IMG/VR virus record: IMGVR_UViG_3300035156_000072 | Location: 1 to 55,913 of that record | DNA from: a virus | Strand: one strand, 5' to 3' | DNA: 55,913 nt | Part shown: in pieces, positions 49,776 through 55,913 of the stretch | Numbering within the stretch: the stretch's first letter is position 1 | How the letters are laid out: each line of letters starts with the position of its first letter | Program-made: the position numbers and the translations under genes | Notes under the pieces: generated by a model | What the model saw: the letters and a program-made list of their open reading frames with translations, nothing else | What the model was told of the DNA's origin: nothing | The model's database searches: none

Positions 49776-49807
49776 AACGGCCCGTCACATCGCTGCAACG
49801 GGCCGTT
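49776..49807. terminator. bidirectional hairpin between convergent genes
   Basis: AACGGCCCGT-cacatcgctgca-ACGGGCCGTT is a 10-bp stem with A/T flanks on both sides. Confidence 0.65.
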
Positions 49808-49832
49808 AAGTTATCGTGCCGGTGTGAAGCGA

Positions 49833-50321
49833 TTAAGCTTCGCGAACCACCAGAACCGATGCGCCTTGATAGGCGGCGGGGTCAACGTCCACCGCGTAAA
49901 AGCGCTTGGTGGCGACCCGCTTGGCCTTAAGCGGCGTCTTATGCACCTGCGTGACGTTGCCTGCGGCATCGGTCACCGTTTCGGTTTCATACACGATGGA
50001 GCCGTTGGCGTCCTTGGCATCCTGCATGTGCTTGCGGTTCTGGTTGCCGATGATGGTTTGCAGCGACTTGGCGTCGCGTTCAGCGAGCGCAAAGAATTTG
50101 CCGACTTCCAGCGTGTCGAAAGGAAACTTGGAACCGGGACCACGCGGCTTGTTGCGGGGCGGCACGGGCAGGTCACCGTTAATGGTGATCAGCTTGATCG
50201 GCGCATCAGCCTTGGCGGCGGGTGCGGCGGCGGTCGTGGTCGAAGCGGCGGCCCCGGCATCCTTGGAGGCGGCGAGAGCGGCGGAAGCAATGCCGAACGT
50301 GGCAATACGGGTGTGACGCAT
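49833..50321 (-). CDS. hypothetical protein (162 aa) with Ala-rich N-terminal region, antisense in the late operon
   Basis: The N-terminus MRHTRIATFGIASAALAASKDAGAAASTTTAAAPAAKADAP could be a signal peptide or an Ala/Lys low-complexity region. The C-terminal part is globular. Confidence 0.55.
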   Translation of the reverse strand: MRHTRIATFGIASAALAASKDAGAAASTTTAAAPAAKADAPIKLITINGDLPVPPRNKPRGPGSKFPFDTLEVGKFFALAERDAKSLQTIIGNQNRKHMQDAKDANGSIVYETETVTDAAGNVTQVHKTPLKAKRVATKRFYAVDVDPAAYQGASVLVVREA

Positions 50322-50416
50322 GGTCTGTATTCCTTGTGTTGAACGGTGTAAGCCGTAAGTGAGAATGTGTGTCTAAATGTGCCTGTATGGGCCGTCAATA
50401 GCCAAGTGGATAAAAA

Positions 50417-50788
50417 ATGACCTTCTATGACGACATGCAAAGCATCGCATCCGGCTTGTTGAACCAATTCGATCAAGGCGGGTTGCAATACATCGCACTG
50501 ACGCCCGGCACCGGACCTGTGGACAACCCCGGCGCACCAACGCTCACGGCGCACCCCTTCGCGGGTGTGTCGCGCGGTGTATCATTCCGTTATGTCGGTA
50601 CACCCGGCATGTCTGGTGCGCTTATCGTGGCGTCCGACTTGCAATGCACAATGCCGGTGTTACCCGGCGTCACACCGCAAATAACGGGCTTTGTGCAAGC
50701 GGGAGCGTCACGCTATAAAATCAAGTCTGTAATCAATATCCCGCCAACCGGCGTGACGGTCGCGCACAGGCTTATTTATGGCAAGTAA
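50417..50788 (+). CDS. putative head-tail adaptor/head-closure protein
   Basis: 123 aa. Assigned by position in the connector module only. Confidence 0.4.
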   Translation: MTFYDDMQSIASGLLNQFDQGGLQYIALTPGTGPVDNPGAPTLTAHPFAGVSRGVSFRYVGTPGMSGALIVASDLQCTMPVLPGVTPQITGFVQAGASRYKIKSVINIPPTGVTVAHRLIYGK

Positions 50789-51080
50789 AATAGGTGATTG
50801 GGTAGAGTGCCAATGTGGCAAGCCGCTTGCGCTAGTGTTGTTTATTCTGTGCGTCATCATCGGCCCTAAGTTCAATCTAGACGCCACCAACTACGGTATA
50901 TCGGTATTCACCGCCGGTCTGTTGCTGTTGACGGTCAACGGCGCACGGCGTAGCGATAAGGCCATGCACACCAAACTTGACGATCTAGAGCGCGCGGTGG
51001 GTGAAGCCCGGTCGGAAAATGCGCGCCTAGAGGAACGCACCGAACAAGAGATAGAGGCGGTGCGCGATGACGCCACGTGA
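50778..51080 (+). CDS. membrane protein resembling the low-affinity iron permease family (PF04120-like)
   Basis: Two TM helices followed by NGARRSDKAMHTKLDDLERAVGEARSENARLEERTEQEIEAV. The family motif, from memory, is N..R...A.H.KLDELI.A...A.N.L..LE. Confidence 0.45.
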   Translation: MASKIGDWVECQCGKPLALVLFILCVIIGPKFNLDATNYGISVFTAGLLLLTVNGARRSDKAMHTKLDDLERAVGEARSENARLEERTEQEIEAVRDDAT

Positions 51081-52722
51081 AAAGCTAGACGCGCTTGTGG
51101 ACCTGTTTGCGCCGGATATTCGGTCTGCGTTCCTTGCCGCAATTCAGGATGTGGTTGACACCGCCATATTAACGGACGTGATCACCGCGATTGAGAGCGG
51201 CGACCCGGAAGCGGCGTTTAGAGCGTTGGGGTTCAATGATGCGGCCATGCGTCCGATTACGTCGGCGCTTGAACGTGCTTTTGAACAAGGCGGCATCCTG
51301 ACCGGGCAGACGTTCCCCAAATACCTGAACACGGCAAGCGGTCGCGGTGTGTTCCGCTTCGACGTGCGCAACGCCCGTGCAGAGGCATATCTGCGTGACC
51401 ATTCATCAGAGCTAATCACCCGTATCACTGACGACGTGCGCAATACCGTCCGCAACACTCTAGAGGCGGGCATGCAGCGCGGCGACAACCCGCGCACCGT
51501 GGCGTTGGATATCGTCGGACGTAAGCCGCCGGGCGGCAACCGTATCGGCGGTGTCGTGGGTCTGACAACGCAACAGGAAGGGTGGGTGCGCAGCTATCGC
51601 ACCAAGCTTGAGACGCTAGACCCGGCTTTCGCGCGCATGGAGCTACGCCGCAAGGGTTCAGACGGTCTAGTCAATCGCGCCATCGCCAGCGGTAAGCCGT
51701 TGCCCGCTGAAACCATCGAAAAGTTGGTGACGCACTACAAGAGCAACGCCCTGCGGTATCGCGGCGAGAGCATCGGACGGACGGAAGCGCTACAGGCGCT
51801 CAACCGGTCAGAGTATGAGGCGACGTTGCAGGCTGTTGACCTAGGGGCGACCCGTGAAAGCGCCGTACAGCGCGAATGGGATAGCGCGGGTGATAGTCGG
51901 GTCAGGTTCAGTCACAGGGCGCTCAACGGTCAACGCGTGGGCCTGCGTGAACCGTTCGTTAGCCCGACCGGTGCCCGCATGCTGTGCCCCGGCGATACGT
52001 CGCTAGGCGCGGGCGGTGATGAGGTAATCATGTGCCGTTGCCGCGTCCGCACGATTATCGATTGGTTCGATATTGACGATGACGAACCGGCACCGGCTGT
52101 GGTCGCCAAGCCTAAGCCCAAGCCGGTTGCGCCTGCGGTGCCGTTGCGTGTGTCAGATGAGGAAAACGACCGTATAGCGCGCGAGTATGTAATTGCGAAC
52201 GGTAAACGCACCGGCACGGAACACTTGCTTTTGTACGATAGCAACACGGGTGTCGCTCTTGCACCTAAGCAGGGTTCCAAAAGTTCAGTTACGTTCACAT
52301 CCGAAATGCAGGCGTCAATTCGCAATCCGAACAACGCAATGGTTATTCACCACAACCACCCTAGCTCAACATCATTGAGCTTTGCAGACATGGATATCGT
52401 CGCAAACGAAATAGGCGCACGCACCATGTTTGCGCACGGTCAAAACGGTTCTTTGTATCGTGCAGAAAAAGGCGAGTTACCGCTTAAGAAGCAAAATTAC
52501 ACGTTGGTGAAAAATGAGGTAGTGCGAGAGTTGCAACGTGCAGTTAACGCCGGTGAAATCACGGGCGAGGATGCAACGCATCTGGTTGCACATTTCATAA
52601 ACTCTATATTGCACGTCAAAAAGCGCATCAATTACTCACATGACTTGCAAGGTTCAAGCTTAGAAGCTGCAACGCGCAATGCAACTTATTACAATCAACT
52701 GTTACAACGGTACAGAAAATGA
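51067..52722 (+). CDS. MuF / SPP1 gp7-like minor head protein fused to a C-terminal RadC-like JAB/MPN domain
   Basis: The MuF core reads FSHRALNGQRVGLREPFVSPTGARMLCPGDTS...VIMCRCRV. The C-terminal VIHHNHPSSTSLSFADMD is preceded by GTEHLLLYDSNTG, giving E...HxH-x7-S-xx-D. Confidence 0.75.
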   Translation: MTPREKLDALVDLFAPDIRSAFLAAIQDVVDTAILTDVITAIESGDPEAAFRALGFNDAAMRPITSALERAFEQGGILTGQTFPKYLNTASGRGVFRFDVRNARAEAYLRDHSSELITRITDDVRNTVRNTLEAGMQRGDNPRTVALDIVGRKPPGGNRIGGVVGLTTQQEGWVRSYRTKLETLDPAFARMELRRKGSDGLVNRAIASGKPLPAETIEKLVTHYKSNALRYRGESIGRTEALQALNRSEYEATLQAVDLGATRESAVQREWDSAGDSRVRFSHRALNGQRVGLREPFVSPTGARMLCPGDTSLGAGGDEVIMCRCRVRTIIDWFDIDDDEPAPAVVAKPKPKPVAPAVPLRVSDEENDRIAREYVIANGKRTGTEHLLLYDSNTGVALAPKQGSKSSVTFTSEMQASIRNPNNAMVIHHNHPSSTSLSFADMDIVANEIGARTMFAHGQNGSLYRAEKGELPLKKQNYTLVKNEVVRELQRAVNAGEITGEDATHLVAHFINSILHVKKRINYSHDLQGSSLEAATRNATYYNQLLQRYRK

Positions 52723-52877
52723 CAATAATTGACCCGCCTTCGCCCTTTGATCCTGTGCAAAAATGGCAAGAGTTTTTAGCAGAGTTGAAGGCTATTCAAA
52801 ATCCCGATCAAAGTGTTTTGGAAGCCATCACGGAAGCGCAACAGATGATTGCGGAGCTAAACGCCGCGACCGCCTAG
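52719..52877 (+). CDS. small hypothetical protein (52 aa) coupled to the MuF-JAB gene
   Basis: ATGA overlap with the MuF stop. Reads MTIIDPPSPFDPVQKWQEFLAELKAIQNPDQSVLEAITEAQQMIAELNAATA. Lower G+C. Below the track cutoff. Confidence 0.35.
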   Translation: MTIIDPPSPFDPVQKWQEFLAELKAIQNPDQSVLEAITEAQQMIAELNAATA

Positions 52878-53111
52878 GACGCCACGCGGGCCGTCGCGCA
52901 ATAAATAGTAATCGTGCATGAAATAGCTTTGCAGCGCCCATGCCTCTTTAAGCGCGGGCGACCATTCATCCTCGCGCCTGTACGCGTCCCATTCGTCGCT
53001 GAAACCCTCTGTGATGCACAGATTGTTAAATACGGTTTCAGCGTGTTCCCATAGGGTGCGTTTCTGCACAAGCGGCGACTGCACCTTAAAGCTAATCCGT
53101 GTTTCAGTCAT
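52857..53111 (-). CDS. hypothetical protein (84 aa), antisense cassette
   Basis: ORF with ATGA-type overlap to the upstream gene. Confidence 0.55.
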   Translation of the reverse strand: MTETRISFKVQSPLVQKRTLWEHAETVFNNLCITEGFSDEWDAYRREDEWSPALKEAWALQSYFMHDYYLLRDGPRGVLGGRGV

Positions 53112-53368
53112 TCCGGCGGCTCGCTAACCGTCACCATGATTGGCGGGTGTTGTGTCAGGTGCAGCAACCGCACTACCACGCTTTCACCTGCGTTGAGGCG
53201 CGCTAGCTCATCGGGTGTCGGCTTGTAAGCCGTGGTCAGCGCTGGTGCCTCATACCCTGCGACCGCATCGATCACGGTGTGATAATAAACCGCAAGCCCA
53301 AGGTATCCTTGGCTGCGCCCGATAATCTGTATGCGGTCGTGTTCGCCCGGCGGAATGGTGTTAATCAC
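53108..53368 (-). CDS. hypothetical protein (86 aa), antisense cassette
   Basis: ORF with 4-nt overlaps on both sides. Confidence 0.55.
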   Translation of the reverse strand: MINTIPPGEHDRIQIIGRSQGYLGLAVYYHTVIDAVAGYEAPALTTAYKPTPDELARLNAGESVVVRLLHLTQHPPIMVTVSEPPE

Positions 53369-54450
53369 GTGATACCTTTTATGTCTAGCGGTAGGTTAGC
53401 GGGCAGGATGTGTTTTAGCATGTTCATCGGGTCAAGCCATTCCGCCGGGTCCGTGCGTGGTGGCAATTGCTTGATATAATATGCGTCACGCTCCGGTGGG
53501 TGCGTTTCGTCAAACGCTTCCGACACAATACCAGCCTTACCATGGCGGCAATGCACGAAAGGCAAACTACCAATGCAACAGACGTTGAACCGGCGCAGAT
53601 AGGACGGGTGACCAAGCGCAAAGCTTATGTCTAGCAGGTTCAGGCGTTCGCCCGCGTCTTTAATGCGTACTGCGAATTGTGACTGTGACCCCATGTCGTG
53701 CCACGATATGTCAGAGCTAACCGCAATCACTGTGCAACGGTAACCTTGTTCCTCTAGTAAATCGATAACCGATATGATGAGGATGGCGCGCAACATGGCA
53801 TTTGCCGCAGATATGCCGCGCCACATCACCGTTTCAACGTACAAGGTGATGTTGCGATGTTTGGGTTGAGGCACCCGGCGCACCATGTGAGTGGGATTGC
53901 CTGCTAGCATGCGACCCACGTTCACAGACCCGCCCGCTAGGCTGTAGGCGCGACGTTTGTTGAGTGCGTGCGGTATGTCGAATTTCTGCGCCAATCCCCA
54001 ACCGTCTGACCAACCGTGGCGAGCGAGCGCCAAGGCTTCTTCAAGCGACGCGGTGCCGCTGAATTTCGCCATAACCTCGCTGGTTGACCAACCCTTATCA
54101 AAGGTGCCGTATTCGGTTGGTATGGGTAGCGCATCAACGAAATCAGCGAACGCGCCTAGGCTGGAAAAGCCGTAGAACACGATAGGGTTTTGGTCACGGA
54201 ACGTGCCTTGAAATTCCATGTCATCGCCAAAGCAGATGGTTTTGCCGCTGCGATGAAACGGTGACGGGATTTCGACCGGCGGCGGTGGCGTGTCGTCAAC
54301 CATCACAACGCCGGGCATGCCCTGCGCCTGCGTGCGGCGCATCAGGTCTAGGCTGTCGAAAAGCCATGCCTTAGACGTGCCGTCGTAACGCCCGCCCCAA
54401 CGCTTGAGTAAGTCACGGTATGGGAACGTGTGACCGGTTAGCCGTATCAT
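53365..54450 (-). CDS. hypothetical protein (361 aa), putative partner of the AAA+ ATPase
   Basis: It overlaps the ATPase stop by 1 nt. The N-terminal TGHTFPYRDLLKRWGGRYDGTSKAWLF is a small module seen in phage proteins. The position matches a CobT/VWA-type partner, but I saw no DxSxS MIDAS motif. Confidence 0.55.
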   Translation of the reverse strand: MIRLTGHTFPYRDLLKRWGGRYDGTSKAWLFDSLDLMRRTQAQGMPGVVMVDDTPPPPVEIPSPFHRSGKTICFGDDMEFQGTFRDQNPIVFYGFSSLGAFADFVDALPIPTEYGTFDKGWSTSEVMAKFSGTASLEEALALARHGWSDGWGLAQKFDIPHALNKRRAYSLAGGSVNVGRMLAGNPTHMVRRVPQPKHRNITLYVETVMWRGISAANAMLRAILIISVIDLLEEQGYRCTVIAVSSDISWHDMGSQSQFAVRIKDAGERLNLLDISFALGHPSYLRRFNVCCIGSLPFVHCRHGKAGIVSEAFDETHPPERDAYYIKQLPPRTDPAEWLDPMNMLKHILPANLPLDIKGIT

Positions 54451-55391
54451 CAGTCGTCAACCTTGGCGCGGTCCTTAGCGCTCATGCCCTTGAATAAATA
54501 AAGGGCCTCTGTATCGGACCATGACAACCCGGCGCGCAACGCTGCGCCGCCCATGGTGATCGCGCGAGACGACACCACGTGCCGTATCCGCTTATCCTGC
54601 ACCAGCTTACGCACGTGCCACACACGCTCAAGCCATGCGTCGGAGCCGCCTGCAAAGAGGCGTTCAAGGGTCAGGTCGTAATCAACATCAATGGTGGCGA
54701 ACCTGTCTAGTGATGCTGCGTCAAGTTCATTGCGTCCAACATAAACACGGTCTGCGCCCGTTCCATAGGTGTTAGCTGTTGCGACCATTCTAAAATCATC
54801 ATGACGGTGCACGCGTTCGGGTCTGTCGGGGAAACTTGCGTATCCATTCGCAAGTGCACTGTTTGCGGCGAGCAAGGCGCTTGCATCCCATGCGTCAATT
54901 TCGTCAGCGACCCAAACACCGCCATGTTCAAAAGCATGGCGAAAGGGCGTAGCGTGATATTTGCCATGACCGTCAACAAACCCCATTAGTTCGTGTGTGT
55001 CGTTGATTGTGTTCGTGATGTAGAACGGCAAGCGCAGCGCGTTGGACGCGTGTTCGCCTATGGTGGTTTTGCCGCACCCGGCGGGACCGACTAGCAATAT
55101 GGGGTGCCCCAAGGCGGCAATCTGAATAACGAGGTCGGTGCGGTAATGGGTCGCCACGGGGCTAGGGGCGGTCACCAGCGGCGCAGACGCCGGGCGGAAC
55201 ATGTTGAGGATCATTGCCGCTGCGGCGACCTGTGCCGCGCTAGGACGGTCTGCGCTGTCGTGGTACAGGTTGGTAAGCTGCACGTTGCCAAGAGCGTCTA
55301 GGGCGGCTGCGTCGTGACCCTTGGCGACTAGCGCCGCAATCGCGACGTGGCGGTTGGCGGCGGTCATGATAAAAGCGGGGTCATACGGCAT
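54450..55391 (-). CDS. AAA+ ATPase, MoxR / CobS / AAA_5 (dynein-related) type
   Basis: Walker A is LVGPAGCGKT and Walker B is VWVADEID. Sensor region is MVATANTYG and the Arg-finger region is LDAASLDRF. Confidence 0.8.
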   Translation of the reverse strand: MPYDPAFIMTAANRHVAIAALVAKGHDAAALDALGNVQLTNLYHDSADRPSAAQVAAAAMILNMFRPASAPLVTAPSPVATHYRTDLVIQIAALGHPILLVGPAGCGKTTIGEHASNALRLPFYITNTINDTHELMGFVDGHGKYHATPFRHAFEHGGVWVADEIDAWDASALLAANSALANGYASFPDRPERVHRHDDFRMVATANTYGTGADRVYVGRNELDAASLDRFATIDVDYDLTLERLFAGGSDAWLERVWHVRKLVQDKRIRHVVSSRAITMGGAALRAGLSWSDTEALYLFKGMSAKDRAKVDD

Positions 55392-55420
55392 GGTGCGGCT
55401 GTAGCGGATGCACCGGGGCG

Positions 55421-55897
55421 TTGCAACAGGATTTTGACCACGTGGCTAAAGCACGGCTAGGCAGAAAATACCCGTCAACCTTTGCGGCTGACATTGAGGG
55501 TATCGCAGAGTTGACAGACCGTCGCTTGCTAGCAGTTGCGCGTGCCTCGTTTAGCGACGTGATCGATATTGCGCAGACACCGACCGCTAAGGGCGGGCGC
55601 ATGCGAGTTGACACAGGATACTTGCGCGCATCGGGTCAATTCTCGCTCAACGGCATGCCAACCGGCGGCGTCCGTGGCGCAGACAACGCCGTCAAATACC
55701 AATACGACGATGGCAACAAACCGCTTAACGTGACGCTACTAGACACCGCCAAAATCGGTGCGGTGTTTCACTTTGGGTGGACCGCCAATTACGCACGGTA
55801 TCGCGAGGTATTCGACGGGTTTCTAGAGGGCGCGTTGCAGCATTGGGGAACCATTGTGACGTACCACGTTGACCAAGCACGGGAGCGCATCAAATGA
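55421..55897 (+). CDS. HK97 gp10-like head-tail (neck) protein
   Basis: GGRMRVDTGYLRASG...FHFGWTANYARYRE matches the gp10-family pattern. It uses a TTG start. The stop overlaps the ATG of the tail terminator gene across the circular junction. Confidence 0.6.
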   Translation: MQQDFDHVAKARLGRKYPSTFAADIEGIAELTDRRLLAVARASFSDVIDIAQTPTAKGGRMRVDTGYLRASGQFSLNGMPTGGVRGADNAVKYQYDDGNKPLNVTLLDTAKIGAVFHFGWTANYARYREVFDGFLEGALQHWGTIVTYHVDQARERIK

Positions 55898-55913
55898 CCA
55901 TCGCGGATGATTT
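55787..55913. repeat. terminal direct repeat, copy 2 (identical to 1..127)
   Basis: Exact duplicate of the window start. Confidence 0.9.

Overview
The window is a complete tailed dsDNA phage genome. The last 127 nt (55787..55913) repeat the first 127 nt exactly, leaving 55,786 bp of unique sequence, so the contig is circularly closed or has a short terminal redundancy. The phage is G+C-rich and siphovirus-like: it has a tape measure, a tail-chaperone -1 frameshift and no sheath gene. An alphaproteobacterial host is likely, based on the permuted two-piece tmRNA, an NDNY...AA tag and gene-transfer-agent (GTA)-like or lambda-like tail tip genes.

Layout:
- Rightward late genes run terS, terL, portal, scaffold, capsid, connectors, MuF-like protein and gp10-like protein (40511..55897). 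They continue across the junction into tail terminator, major tail, G/GT chaperones, tape measure, tip proteins, SGNH-esterase fibre and a 5-gene lysis cassette (108..13750).
- Leftward replication genes (13747..19129): family-B-like DNA polymerase, gp2.5/DUF2815-like SSB, DUF2800 nuclease.
- A rightward DNA-metabolism operon (19243..24344) and a primase-helicase operon (27074..30107).
- Long leftward operons of small, translationally coupled genes (24341..26968 and 30104..40377).

I found no integrase, CI-like repressor, CRISPR array or ordinary tRNA, but tRNAs cannot be excluded by eye.

Main observations:
1. A full circularly permuted two-piece tmRNA gene (about 33054..33395, minus strand).
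2. A family of about 10 conserved promoter-leader cassettes in front of leftward genes. It includes an exact 87-nt pair that brackets a 2.6-kb glycine-rich/discoidin module.
3. A roughly 200-bp island of about 23% G+C.
4. A MuF-like head protein with a RadC/JAB-like C-terminus of lower G+C.
5. Four antisense gene cassettes inside the late operon, one carrying a MoxR/CobS-like AAA+ ATPase.

All family assignments come from motif recognition by eye. No database search was run.
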